Virus record (IMG/VR): IMGVR_UViG_3300022073_000094
Length of the DNA stretch: 64,000 nucleotides
From: a virus
Strand: one strand, 5' to 3'
The position numbers were made by a program, and so were the translations under genes. Below, in pieces: positions 19,782 to 30,585 of this stretch; positions within the stretch are counted from its first letter, which is position 1, and every line of letters begins with the position of its first letter. The notes under the pieces were generated by a model, which did no database searches, was not told the origin of the DNA, and worked only from the letters and a program-made list of their open reading frames with translations.

Positions 19782-20762
19782 TTATAAAGAGATATTTCGA
19801 AGCTGTTGATCAATCACTTCTTCATTATTAAGTTGATTATCTTTTAATTGTTTCATTGCATTTTGAACTTTTTCTTCGTATTGCTTCTGTTGATCATATT
19901 TTAACTTTAATTCTTTTTCATTTTCTATTTGATGACTTTCTGAATCTTTAAGTAATGTTAACACATTCAATTGATGTAATTTTGTGATTAATTGTTTAAA
20001 ATTGAGTTGTCTTTCTTGTTGTTGATACAGTAAATGATTTAATGCATCAATTTCAACATCAGTCAAATGATTGTTATTGATTGATCTGTCTAAAAAACCA
20101 AACTTTAACAAGTTTTCATCATCACAAGTATATAAATTTTTGATAAGCTCATGTTTAAAATAAGCTGCTTTATTTTTGTCATAATAAGCTTGATGAAAAT
20201 ATTCAATAAATTTATTCTCATAATAATTAGCTTGATCTTTAACACCACGTGAATTAAGATTTATCTCTCTTTTAATCGTTGCGACCACAGAATTAATCAT
20301 CTGTAAAAATAAAATAATTGCTTTAGTCATTAAAAATGTTAAAAAAAGACTTGAAAAACCTGAGATCATAGGTATTAAGTAATCAATATCATCTTTAAAT
20401 GATTTACTATCACCAATATATAAGCAAAACAAAATAACTATTTCAAGTAAAGTTATTAATGTTATGAACATGGACTCGCCATGAAAAAAAAATTTATAGC
20501 CAGTTATACTATCACGATACTTAAGTCCGATTGATGAAGATAAAATCATTGAGATTAAAAATAGTATTTGAATGATTGCAAAAATTGAATAATATAACAC
20601 TTTTGATTTTACATTAATCGATTTTTTATTTTGATTCTTCATTTCATCATAAAGAACTCTTTTTTCGTTATTGGATAAATTTTCATATAATGAATCTTTT
20701 AATTTATTCTGATCGTCTAATTTAAATAATTTTCGAAAATTGATTATATCAAAATTATGCAT
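19782..20762 (-). CDS. 3-TM membrane protein with C-terminal coiled coil
   Basis: three hydrophobic segments; RBS AAAGGAG. Confidence 0.8.
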   Translation of the reverse strand: MHNFDIINFRKLFKLDDQNKLKDSLYENLSNNEKRVLYDEMKNQNKKSINVKSKVLYYSIFAIIQILFLISMILSSSIGLKYRDSITGYKFFFHGESMFITLITLLEIVILFCLYIGDSKSFKDDIDYLIPMISGFSSLFLTFLMTKAIILFLQMINSVVATIKREINLNSRGVKDQANYYENKFIEYFHQAYYDKNKAAYFKHELIKNLYTCDDENLLKFGFLDRSINNNHLTDVEIDALNHLLYQQQERQLNFKQLITKLHQLNVLTLLKDSESHQIENEKELKLKYDQQKQYEEKVQNAMKQLKDNQLNNEEVIDQQLRNISL

Positions 20763-20775
20763 ATAATTATCTCCT

Positions 20776-21474
20776 TTATAGATTATTTTTATTTAATAGC
20801 TGAGAACGTTGTAATTCTAATTCTTCTAATGACTTATATTTATCTCTTACATTATATTCTAATGCGGGTTGAATATAATTATTGAAAAACTCTTCAGTCT
20901 TATATAAATTAAGTTCTTTTTGTGGTATGACATCTTCTTTTAACATTTTAGCAACACTTTGATCTTGATAGTTATCTTGATTAAACTTAATAAAATTAAA
21001 ATTAGATTTTTTAACATCAAGTTTAAGATCTAAAAGATAATTTTTTAATTGAGAATGTGATGATTCATCTTTAATAACACCATATGTTTTAATTAATTCA
21101 TGTAGTAAGTAAACTTTTTCTTTATCATTCATATCAATATATGGTGTATTTAAGTAAGATTGCATCTCTTCTAAATGACTTTCTTTTGTATTTGATTTAT
21201 TGTTAAAATTCATCCAATATATAAATGAAATAATAAATGTGACAACAAGTAAAAAAATAATGTTTAAAAGACTTTCATCATCAAATATAGGTTGAAAATT
21301 GAATATACAACAAATCACAAAATCACTTATACTCATAACAAGAGCTGATATAATCATTGACGTGATAAAAGCTGCAATAATAAAACCGATTAAATCAAAT
21401 ACTTTATTGCTTAGCAATTTATTTTGTTCATAATTTTCATAACTATTCGTAATATGAAATATTTTATAACCCAT
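20776..21474 (-). CDS. 2-TM membrane protein, paralog family
   Basis: KEKVYLLHELIK shared with 16418..17182. Confidence 0.8.
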   Translation of the reverse strand: MGYKIFHITNSYENYEQNKLLSNKVFDLIGFIIAAFITSMIISALVMSISDFVICCIFNFQPIFDDESLLNIIFLLVVTFIISFIYWMNFNNKSNTKESHLEEMQSYLNTPYIDMNDKEKVYLLHELIKTYGVIKDESSHSQLKNYLLDLKLDVKKSNFNFIKFNQDNYQDQSVAKMLKEDVIPQKELNLYKTEEFFNNYIQPALEYNVRDKYKSLEELELQRSQLLNKNNL

Positions 21475-21713
21475 GATTTAAAATTTCCTTTCTTTATTTT
21501 TGTATAATTTAATTGTTAACATTTTATATAGTTTAGCTTTAAGTATTTATGTTAATTACATATTTATAATATTATAGTATTAATATTAAGTAAATATTAT
21601 TTATATATCTCGTCATCTATTTTAACAAAACCTAAAATAATTAATAAAAGAATGATGCTAAAATATTTCAAGACTTTTTTCATTGATCATTTAGCATCTA
21701 CTTTGTTCATTCA

Positions 21714-22316
21714 TTATTTAATTTTGAAATGTTGATTTGCCAATTTATAATATAAATCATTTATAATTTCACAATAATGTGGTTCATTATAGCGAACATA
21801 ATAATCACTTACGGGATTAAAATAAATCACATCATTCTTTACTCTTATAAAATGAGTTCCTTCAATCATTTGTGTACCTTGCATATAATATCCATTTAAC
21901 ATTGCATATGCATCATCACTGATCTTAATAGGGTAATAATTTGCTAGTCGTCTATGCGCACTTTTAATTGAATAAGATGGGAAAAGTCTTAAATAAAGTT
22001 GATGAAACATTCGTGACACAATGACATATTTATTGAATAATAACATGACTAACTCAAATAACATATATGTTGCAATTCCTATCCATACAAACATTAATTT
22101 ATGTTGATCATGTATAATCGTGTGATGTGTGACAATCAATGAAATAATAACAACTAAACTAAGTGTCATAAATGTTAAAACATGATTATCTTTTGCTGCA
22201 TAATAACGATTGATGATCCTCTTTACAATTCTTGAATTAGAAGATTTTAAAATAAGATCTAATTCATCCTCTGAAAAATGTTTTCTTTTCTCATAATCAA
22301 TTCTCATAAGTCTCAC
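21714..22316 (-). CDS. 2-TM membrane protein
   Basis: two TM helices; overlaps upstream gene (ATGA). Confidence 0.75.
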   Translation of the reverse strand: MRLMRIDYEKRKHFSEDELDLILKSSNSRIVKRIINRYYAAKDNHVLTFMTLSLVVIISLIVTHHTIIHDQHKLMFVWIGIATYMLFELVMLLFNKYVIVSRMFHQLYLRLFPSYSIKSAHRRLANYYPIKISDDAYAMLNGYYMQGTQMIEGTHFIRVKNDVIYFNPVSDYYVRYNEPHYCEIINDLYYKLANQHFKIK

Positions 22317-22555
22317 TCACCTAAATGCAAAGTATATTTTTTATCATCTTTATAGCCATTAATCAAAACATGTTCGTCTTTTTCTTGTAATAAATCTTTT
22401 AAAGACTTTACATCAATGTTGTGTAACTCTATAATTTGATCTTCATCATGGATTGCATCAAATCCAATCAATGTAACAATGTCAAATTGAACATCATCAT
22501 CTAAAATAACTTCTTCTTGTTTTTTACTGTCATAATCTCTATATGTTAAGTTCAT
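22313..22555 (-). CDS. small acidic hypothetical protein
   Basis: ORF in a tight operon. Confidence 0.7.
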   Translation of the reverse strand: MNLTYRDYDSKKQEEVILDDDVQFDIVTLIGFDAIHDEDQIIELHNIDVKSLKDLLQEKDEHVLINGYKDDKKYTLHLGE

Positions 22556-22557
22556 TA

Positions 22558-22890
22558 TTATTCCTCGCTTTCTTTAATCACTTCTTCAAGCATAATAAAT
22601 CTTGCTTTTTTATTGATTGTTTTATAAGTCATAAGCTGCCCTTTTTCAAGCTCATAATGTTTAGGTACGGATAATCTAACAGGCTTTTTTTGACCTTCAA
22701 CATAAACATCACATAAGTTTGTGACAGGCGTATTTTTCTTTTGAATGACGTCAAAATCAATAATTTTTTTCTTCATCACTTTTCCTTTTTTAGCTTGCCC
22801 ATTATTAATCATAAAAACAAATATAAATAATGCAATAATAACTAAAACAATCATAATTCCTATCATAAATTGATAACTCATTTTCTTCAC
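22558..22890 (-). CDS. membrane-anchored small beta-rich protein
   Basis: N-terminal TM followed by a short beta-strand pattern. Confidence 0.7.
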   Translation of the reverse strand: MKKMSYQFMIGIMIVLVIIALFIFVFMINNGQAKKGKVMKKKIIDFDVIQKKNTPVTNLCDVYVEGQKKPVRLSVPKHYELEKGQLMTYKTINKKARFIMLEEVIKESEE

Positions 22891-22948
22891 TCCTAATAAT
22901 TTTTAATAATATTATATTACGAAATGAAATAATGAGATATAGTCAATT

Positions 22949-23677
22949 TTATTGTGATTGTTTTAATGCTTTAATATAATCATCATTATATAAATAAGAT
23001 GCAACTATATCTTTATTTTGCTCAATTAAATTAATTTGTAATGTAATATATTGTGCAAGATTATCTCTAGTTAATTGATATTCTCTTGCTAATTTAGTTG
23101 CTCTTTTTCGAGTATCAATATCTTTAATTGCACTTACATCTATAAAATGTTTAGGCTTATCAATGACAAATTGATCATAAGAACTTTCAATATGATTAAT
23201 AAGTTGATAGTTATAAATAAGTTGCTCTGTATTTTGATTGTAATAAGCTCTATTTGCAATCTTTAAAAATAAATATAAATCATGCTCAATAATTTGATTG
23301 ACTAATACTTTCTTAATCATTCTATATTTAAATGTTTTATAACTTAAAATAAGGACAAGACTCATTATAACAATCACGCCAAATAAAGTTGCATATTGTA
23401 TATGTTCTTTTAATAAAAAAATTAATGACAATGACATAATAATAAAAATAATAAAATGAATAATAAACATGGTCATATATTTAACATGTGTTTGATAAAT
23501 TAACTTATCATATTTAGATAAACTTTCTAAAAATTCTTTCTGTGGCATAGATTGACGTCTATCTTCAATATCTTGATGACGTTGTTTAAATAATTTTATA
23601 ATGAGAGGGCGACTAAAATCACCCTCATACAATGAAAAATCAATAAGTTGTTGTGTAATTGGAATTGTATTCAACAC
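22949..23677 (-). CDS. 2-TM membrane protein next to telA (possible XpaC-like partner)
   Basis: two TMs plus helical C-terminus, 10 bp from the TelA gene. Confidence 0.6.
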   Translation of the reverse strand: MLNTIPITQQLIDFSLYEGDFSRPLIIKLFKQRHQDIEDRRQSMPQKEFLESLSKYDKLIYQTHVKYMTMFIIHFIIFIIMSLSLIFLLKEHIQYATLFGVIVIMSLVLILSYKTFKYRMIKKVLVNQIIEHDLYLFLKIANRAYYNQNTEQLIYNYQLINHIESSYDQFVIDKPKHFIDVSAIKDIDTRKRATKLAREYQLTRDNLAQYITLQINLIEQNKDIVASYLYNDDYIKALKQSQ

Positions 23678-23687
23678 TTACATCACC

Positions 23688-24986
23688 TTAAATCGTTTTT
23701 TCTGATCTTTCTATTTCAGCTTTATTCAAATCATTAACTCTTTTAATTAATTCTTCATGTTTAGCTGAAAGTTGTTTAAAATCTTCAGACTCACGAAGAC
23801 GTTTTTCTTGTCCTAAACGCTTAATTTCAGCTAAAGCACGAGTTGTGTCTTCCATATTTCTTTCAATTTCTTGCAACGTTTCAATATTCACATATGACTT
23901 TTCAGCTGATGCAGCAATTTTAAGAGCTGTTTCTTGCATTTTTTCAGAATTAGAACTTAGCATTTCATCAGTATGATCATACATCAATTCATTTAATTTT
24001 GCATAAGCTGCTTGTCTATTTGCAGTATAAGCCTGAGATAATTGAGATTTCCAAGCTGGTATCACATTCACAACTTGATCTCTAATATTAGATGATAATG
24101 CTTCATTCATCATTTGCATCATTGAAATATCGTCATATGTTCTTTTAGCTGTCATTTGAGATGCTTGTAAACTATGAATTTTTTTATCAATGTTTTGTAT
24201 TGCATTATTTGCATCATTATATGCACTACTTAATTCTAAGCTTTGAGTCTCAGTATCAATACGTTGTTTAAGAGGTTTAAGCTCATTTTCTTGTATATCA
24301 TATTTCTTTTCTTCTAATGCAGCAATAAGAGGATAAGTATCTTTATAATTATCTAAAACTGCATTTTTTAACTTATTCATATATACAATATCTCGTTGCA
24401 AAACATCTTGTCCATTCTCTAATCGATGTTGAATATTAGTTAAACGCATTGCATCATTATTAAATGAAGCAAACGCTTCTTCTAATGTACGTTTACCTTT
24501 ATTTTTAAGACGTTGAAAAAATGTTTGCTCTTCTGGGAATAACTCTGTTGGATCTGAGTTATTAAAGATACTCATTAATGAATCTAAATCTTTTTTAATT
24601 GAATTTGGATTATCACCTGACTTAACAACTCTTAATACTTCATCGGCTCTATCACCCATTCTTTGCTGTTCATCAGCACCATACTCAATTAAACTTGCAT
24701 ATGAAACATCGTCAAGTTGTTTAAGATGATTTTCAACTTTTTTAGCAGGAAGTTTAAGTCTAATTTCATCAGGTATTACACTATTCTCAGATTTAAAATG
24801 GGGTTGATAAAACTCTTTGTTTACAACTTCATAACTTTGCTGAGTTTCTTCATCTTCATCATTGTTTGAATCAATGACAACCACTTCATCGTCTTTTTGC
24901 TCTTTTTCTTTCAATTTATCACTTAATTGTGCTTTTAATTCAGGATCATTTAAAATTGTATCTAAAATTTCATCTTTTGACGGCAT
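23688..24986 (-). CDS. telA: toxic anion resistance protein, TelA family
   Basis: YGADEQ, FFQRL, long coiled coil, VIPAWKSQL, IETLQ motifs. Confidence 0.82.
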   Translation of the reverse strand: MPSKDEILDTILNDPELKAQLSDKLKEKEQKDDEVVVIDSNNDEDEETQQSYEVVNKEFYQPHFKSENSVIPDEIRLKLPAKKVENHLKQLDDVSYASLIEYGADEQQRMGDRADEVLRVVKSGDNPNSIKKDLDSLMSIFNNSDPTELFPEEQTFFQRLKNKGKRTLEEAFASFNNDAMRLTNIQHRLENGQDVLQRDIVYMNKLKNAVLDNYKDTYPLIAALEEKKYDIQENELKPLKQRIDTETQSLELSSAYNDANNAIQNIDKKIHSLQASQMTAKRTYDDISMMQMMNEALSSNIRDQVVNVIPAWKSQLSQAYTANRQAAYAKLNELMYDHTDEMLSSNSEKMQETALKIAASAEKSYVNIETLQEIERNMEDTTRALAEIKRLGQEKRLRESEDFKQLSAKHEELIKRVNDLNKAEIERSEKTI

Positions 24987-25062
24987 ATATAAGTCACTCC
25001 TTAATTTTATTTTTCATTAGTACTACGATATTAACTATAAATCAAATTAAATGAAAAGTAAA

Positions 25063-25821
25063 TCAATTATTTTCAATTACATATTGATTCAACAAAAAAT
25101 TCGTTAAATCATCTTTAAGTTGTTCACTATATTTAAAATGTAAACTTTTTTCATCTTTAAAACTAAAATAAAATTGATTCATTTTTTCACGCATGACATC
25201 TAATATTTGACCTAACTCTTCGTTAAATTCATTTGTGAATTGACCACTTAATTGCTCAAAAGAATTAATTCTTTTGTGTAACCTTAACCATTGAATCATA
25301 TCTTTATTTTTGTAATAAGTAGATTGTTTTACAACATCATTTAATGCTACATCTTTATATTGGTCGTCATTAAAATAACAAGCTCTACTAAATAAAGAGA
25401 AAATGTTTAAAATAGACTTTGCATTATTTAGTTTCATTTTATATGCTTCACCACAAAGTGATAAAATCAATGACTTTTTAATTGATTCATAATAGTTATT
25501 TAACACATCTTCATTGTTAAAAAAGTTATAAATTAATGTGTTGATATAAGATTTATGTTGATAATAATTCGAGTATTGTGCAGCAAGCATAATTAAACCA
25601 TCATAACTTCCATTCATCACAATTTTATAAAACTTAGATAAATTGAAATATTTGTTTTCATCTTTCTCACATGCGCCTTTATCATTATTTTTAAAAACCA
25701 TATCTTTCATAGGTTCAAGCACTAAAAACATATAATCATGATCTGATTGATCATCATCTAAGTGTTGAAATCGACTACCGTATTCAGCCTTTGACAAAAC
25801 TTTACATTGTTCTAAATTCAT
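25063..25821 (-). CDS. DNA polymerase beta-superfamily nucleotidyltransferase
   Basis: YGSR...DDQSDHDY (GS-x-DxD) motif. Confidence 0.75.
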   Translation of the reverse strand: MNLEQCKVLSKAEYGSRFQHLDDDQSDHDYMFLVLEPMKDMVFKNNDKGACEKDENKYFNLSKFYKIVMNGSYDGLIMLAAQYSNYYQHKSYINTLIYNFFNNEDVLNNYYESIKKSLILSLCGEAYKMKLNNAKSILNIFSLFSRACYFNDDQYKDVALNDVVKQSTYYKNKDMIQWLRLHKRINSFEQLSGQFTNEFNEELGQILDVMREKMNQFYFSFKDEKSLHFKYSEQLKDDLTNFLLNQYVIENN

Positions 25822-25909
25822 GTTACGATCACCACCTTATATTTCAATAATATCATAATACTAAAAAATATGTAAATAATAAATCCCACATTAAAGTGAG
25901 ACTCATCAT

Positions 25910-26365
25910 TTAGAGATATTTTTTGATCAATGCTTGCATCATCGCAGGATTTTTATGCATGAATTTTTCAAGCTTTTGACGACTCTTAGTCGTTTGTTTT
26001 AACATATCATCAGTCGTTAAGTACATAAATTTATTGAATGTGTAGTTAACATTTAAGCCCTTTATTGTCACAAGATTTTCATCACCATTCACTAATTCTA
26101 ATATTTCATCTTTTGAGCAATAGCAAATAAGCTGACTTAGTAATTTTTTCATTTGATAAAAAGCATTAGTGATCTCATGATATGATTTTCTAAACTTAAT
26201 TAACTCTTGTTTATCATAATCCTGATTAGTTTGACGAGCTCTAAAAATATTTGTTAGATGATTAGGATTAGGCATTGCATCATCGGCTTGCACAAAATGA
26301 TCATAATGCTTTTTAAATTGAGCCTTTAATTGTTCAACATCTTTAAGTGTCATATTATTTCTCAC
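25910..26365 (-). CDS. hypothetical protein
   Basis: ORF overlapping the upstream stop. Confidence 0.7.
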   Translation of the reverse strand: MRNNMTLKDVEQLKAQFKKHYDHFVQADDAMPNPNHLTNIFRARQTNQDYDKQELIKFRKSYHEITNAFYQMKKLLSQLICYCSKDEILELVNGDENLVTIKGLNVNYTFNKFMYLTTDDMLKQTTKSRQKLEKFMHKNPAMMQALIKKYL

Positions 26366-27080
26366 CCCCTCTTAATTGATTTATATATTTCACACTTAAG
26401 CTTGGTAAATGGAGGTCGTTAATGATTTCATCTATAATTTGATTATCTTTCATTTCAATGGCATATAATAGCTCTCTTAATAAGCTTAATTGATTAATAA
26501 ATAGTGCATATCGATCTGAGTTAAAATGTTTAGAATTATTTCGCATAATTTCACAAATTTCATTCATCTCAGCTTTTACATCATTAATAAGTTGATTATA
26601 ATTGAGCGCTGATGCTTGAGTTTGAGACTCAACACTCTCTTGTTGAGAGTGAGCCTCTTTATTAATCTCCATTAGATATGATCGATCAAGGCCGAGGGCT
26701 TTAACAAGCTTGTCGTGAGCCAATGCAGCTGTGCTTTGTGTGTCAAATCCTGTTTTCTCATATTTTTTACCATTATGCTTAAACTCAAATTTGTATCGAC
26801 CTATTGCTTGGTCATAAAACACACAATAATATTGAGATGACACATTTTTTAAATTTGTGCGTCTCAAATCATTATTATTTATTTTTTGTTGAAGCTTACG
26901 ACCATATAATAGTTTAATTAAACCAATTGTTTTATTTGTTCCAATAAGTTCAGGCGTTTTTGCGACATATCGAATGCGACCATTTTCCTTCCTTTTATAT
27001 ACAAGTAAGCTCTTAAGTTGTTCCTCAAATTCATCCTCAATTAAAATGTACTCATTTTTATTGAATAAATATTTTTTCAT
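26355..27080 (-). CDS. AP2-domain DNA-binding protein derived from an HNH-AP2 endonuclease, nuclease site decayed
   Basis: SQYYCVFYDQAIGRYKFEFKHNGKKYEKTGFDTQSTAALAHD is AP2-like; NNNDLRRTNL is an HNH remnant without His. Confidence 0.65.
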   Translation of the reverse strand: MKKYLFNKNEYILIEDEFEEQLKSLLVYKRKENGRIRYVAKTPELIGTNKTIGLIKLLYGRKLQQKINNNDLRRTNLKNVSSQYYCVFYDQAIGRYKFEFKHNGKKYEKTGFDTQSTAALAHDKLVKALGLDRSYLMEINKEAHSQQESVESQTQASALNYNQLINDVKAEMNEICEIMRNNSKHFNSDRYALFINQLSLLRELLYAIEMKDNQIIDEIINDLHLPSLSVKYINQLRGGEK

Positions 27081-27084
27081 ATGT

Positions 27085-27230
27085 AATCGACCCCTTATAT
27101 GTTGTTTGATTGATTATAGTATTATAGTACCATAAAATCACTCTTGTGTAAACAGCTTATTACAATAAAATTGATTGTTTACCTTATTTCATATTTGTAG
27201 TACAATAATAACATAAATAAATAAGGAGGT
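27085..27230. promoter_or_regulatory. divergent promoter region at the strand switch
   Basis: leftward TTTACA...TACTAT at ~27120-27152; rightward -10 TACAAT at ~27200. Confidence 0.65.
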
Positions 27231-27235
27231 ATTTA

Positions 27236-27739
27236 ATGAATACACAAAAATTTAAACATGAAATTAAACATGCACTAGATAAGATCGAGGAAAAATCAGA
27301 TATTGAATACATCACAGATTATTATCAACTTAAAGTGATTAGAGATTTAACTGATCTTTCAACTGCTTATACAAGCAATAAACAAGATAAAGATCATCCA
27401 AGAGTTAAAGCTGCATTTTCAACACTAAGAGACGACTCATTTAAATTTTTTGCATCATGCATTAATATTAATAAAGAGACAAATCAAACTGAAGATGAAT
27501 TTTTAGATGATCTTGCAAATAATATTGTAAATGAAAGTTCATTATATGATGCGAATCATTTAAAAAACATCATTGATTTTCTTGATACTCAACTATTACA
27601 AACTCTTGTACTTCAACTCTTAACACTTATTTTTACACATATTCAAGATGCTGAAGATGATGAAGCTGAGCCAAATGCAATCTTTGAATTATTTAATGCA
27701 CATACTTTAGTGCAATATTTCTTATGGCAAGAAGTTTAG
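27236..27739 (+). CDS. helical hypothetical protein
   Basis: RBS AAGGAGG. Confidence 0.8.
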   Translation: MNTQKFKHEIKHALDKIEEKSDIEYITDYYQLKVIRDLTDLSTAYTSNKQDKDHPRVKAAFSTLRDDSFKFFASCININKETNQTEDEFLDDLANNIVNESSLYDANHLKNIIDFLDTQLLQTLVLQLLTLIFTHIQDAEDDEAEPNAIFELFNAHTLVQYFLWQEV

Positions 27740-27771
27740 AATTAACTTAATTCTAAAAATTGCATTTAGTT

Positions 27772-27835
27772 AGTCCCTTTCTAATTACCTTCAAAATCCG
27801 CGCGGCGGATCACTCAAGGTACTCTAAAAGGGGCT
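27772..27835 (-). repeat. dispersed imperfect palindrome P1
   Basis: CCC...TACC...ATCCGC/GCGGAT...GGTAC...GGGG. Confidence 0.7.
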
Positions 27836-28235
27836 CGACAGACTCTAACCTTAATTATAACAATTATTCTAAAAGGAACGAGTCAGTTCTAAAATTAAAT
27901 TTAACAACGATTCATCTCAACTCAGTTTTTTAACCTTAAAAATAAATATTTAAAATATACACTTTTTTTCTTATTCACTACACACTTACACTTATATAAA
28001 GGAAGTTTTTAGCATGCAAAAGGTCACAAAAAGAAGACTTAAAAAAGGATTACATTTTAGTTTAATTGTGATAGGCTTAATTGAGATAAATAAAGAAATT
28101 TTTAAAAACTATCAATATTTAGCTCATCACAAATCAGACTACAAACAAAATATCAATGATTTTTGATATGTACATTGGTACTAATTTATGGTAAGATGAT
28201 ATTATGACATTTAATTACACAGGAGGAATAAATAT

Positions 28236-28859
28236 ATGAAAACTCTATTTGAACAATTACAAGATGCATTTGAAGCAGGCACAAAAGAATTTAAAACAAA
28301 ACGTGGTGATCGTCGTATACAAGAAGATATGGAAGAAATGTTAGATGAACTTAAATCACTACAACGTAAAGGATCAGCTAAAGCAAAAGACTTTACTGAA
28401 AAAGCACGTGCTAAATATCAAGCTTGTAAAGATGAAAAAAAAGAACAAGATGAATTATTTGAACAATTTTTAGATGAACTATTATTTGGTTCAGAAGATG
28501 ATTGTGAATGTGATAACTGTGAATGTGAAGATTATGAAGATGATTCAACTGTTGATAGCACAATTGACTTAATGGGCGACGTTGAAGAAACAATTCACGA
28601 TGTCGTTGCTGATGTAAAAGAAGGCTTTATTGAACTAAATACAGCTAAAAATCTTGTACTCGTCTTAGCAGCAACTAAATTTGAATTAAGACAACTTATT
28701 CAATATATTTTAGCTGACAGAGATGAAAGAGAAAACATTAAAGATACAATTTATGAAATTGATAATCTCATTGATGAATTAAAATATTATAAAAATGAAG
28801 TTGACGTTGAAAGCTTAAACTCATTAATTTATGGCTTGACACTTCATTTTAAACTCTAA
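28236..28859 (+). CDS. acidic protein with CECDNCEC motif
   Basis: RBS AGGAGG; DDCECDNCECEDYEDD. Confidence 0.8.
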   Translation: MKTLFEQLQDAFEAGTKEFKTKRGDRRIQEDMEEMLDELKSLQRKGSAKAKDFTEKARAKYQACKDEKKEQDELFEQFLDELLFGSEDDCECDNCECEDYEDDSTVDSTIDLMGDVEETIHDVVADVKEGFIELNTAKNLVLVLAATKFELRQLIQYILADRDERENIKDTIYEIDNLIDELKYYKNEVDVESLNSLIYGLTLHFKL

Positions 28860-29033
28860 TGGTTTAATATTAAAAAGAATCTAAAGGCTCTAGAAACGCT
28901 TCTATTAGGCGCGACTAGAGTCTTTTTTTATGGCTAAATTAAGAAAAAAAAAAAATGAAATTAAAAGTGAGTGAATTAAGTGTGATTATTATTTTTTAAA
29001 CGTAGAGTTAGGATTAATTAATAAAAGACAATA

Positions 29034-29460
29034 TGTTAGAGCATAAGTCGGCCCACTTTAAGTTATGCTGTGCATAATGATGTAGAGGGAAAGACTATGA
29101 CTAAAAATTTTAATAGTCTTAAAAAAATTTTGGTTTTGGCTTTTTGGCCCAAGTTGGAGCCAACCAAGCACTATCGTTAGAGAGACTGATGAGACATCGA
29201 CCGTGGCCGTGTGGTTTCGACTTTTTTGACCCCCACCCTTAAGGCTATAAAAATATATATGAGCACCTGGGGCTAAAAACTTCAGAGACTTTAAAGCCAT
29301 AAAGCCATAATAATACTAATACTACTAATAATATAACATCTTCTTACTCTCTTTAAGACTCATCTTATGGCTTTTTGCTTGGCTTTTATGTGGCTTTTTA
29401 TGTTTGTATTAAAGCCAAAATAACATAATATAAGGAATAAATGAAAAAAGTTAGATATTA
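29034..29460. other. origin-like block A (iteron word TGGCTTT/AAAGCCA)
   Basis: direct and inverted GGCTTT copies around an AT-rich (TAA/TAC) tract; 48-bp header shared with block B. Confidence 0.6.
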
Positions 29461-29570
29461 AAAAATAAAAGTTAAATGCAAAGTTGAATGTTGAATTAAT
29501 TAAGTAAAGAGCGATATATAAAACATTGATAATTAAATGCAGAGTTAAGATTAATTAAGTAAAAGCAACT

Positions 29571-30015
29571 TGTTAGAGCATAAATCAGCCCACTTAAGTT
29601 ATGCTGTGCATAATGATGAAGGGGTGTTAATAATATAATTTGAATTTTAACACATTATTTTTTTTTTTTTAATCAATGAGTCCTCGAAGTCCTCGACTAA
29701 AAAAATAGGCAAGGACACACTTCTGAGTATGCACTGCATAACATTACCAGAAGAAAAGTCTGAGTCCTTGGGCCTATTCAACTTATATGTATGGGGACTA
29801 AAAATTTTTTAATAACCCCCTTAGTGCTAAAATTTCACAAGCCTCTAAGACCGAGGACTCTAAGATAAAATAATAATAATAATAATAATAATATCCTTGA
29901 GTCTCTTTACCTCAGGCTTACTTTAGCTTGAGTCCTAGCTTGAGTCCTAGCTGAGTCTTCGACTAAATTTTATGACTTGTAAAGATCCTAAAACAATGGT
30001 AAATGAAAAAATTAC
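29571..30015. other. origin-like block B (iteron word GAGTCCT/AGGACTC)
   Basis: GAGTCCT copies including TTGAGTCCTAGC x2, inverted AGGACTC, (TAA)n tract at ~29870-29892; directly upstream of HTH-Rep1. Confidence 0.65.
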
Positions 30016-30153
30016 TTAAAAATATTGTACATTTCAACAAGGATGTTTTATAATTAAATAAAATGATTAGTTAATTAGATATTTTATATTAATTATCTAC
30101 ATGAGTAAATCGTTTATAAGACGTTTAATTCATAAAAAAAGGAGAAGATTAGA

Positions 30154-30378
30154 ATGAAAAAACAAAGAACATTATATGAACTTTTAGAAAGAGAATCAAT
30201 TAGCGAGAATATATCAAAAAATGAGCTTGCAAAGAGAATTGGAATTACTTATCAAACTTTGATGAATACTAAAAAGTTAAATCCGACTCGTGAAACATAT
30301 AATAAAATAGCTGCTTATTTTGATATTGACGTCATTTTTTTACTTGATCATTATCCTGCTGATGCTACACTTAAGTAA
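30154..30378 (+). CDS. XRE/Cro-C1 HTH regulator 1
   Basis: ISKNELAKRIGITYQTL...PTRETYNKIAAYFDI. Confidence 0.85.
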   Translation: MKKQRTLYELLERESISENISKNELAKRIGITYQTLMNTKKLNPTRETYNKIAAYFDIDVIFLLDHYPADATLK

Positions 30379-30585
30379 TTTTTGCATAAAAAAAGAGATG
30401 CACTTATCATGTGCATCTTGTGAATTTAAGATAAAAAATTGGGATAGATTGTGCAAAATCAAACATTAAACGATTTAATAATAATATTAATATATTTATA
30501 ATTGTAAATTATATTGATCAATATGTACACGATTATTAATCAATTATATTTAAATGATAAGATACGTATAAAGGAGGGATTTATT

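Noticed and set aside
29868-29893. (TAA)n microsatellite as an independent repeat
   Set aside because: Explained as the AT-rich unwinding tract of origin block B; block A has an equivalent tract
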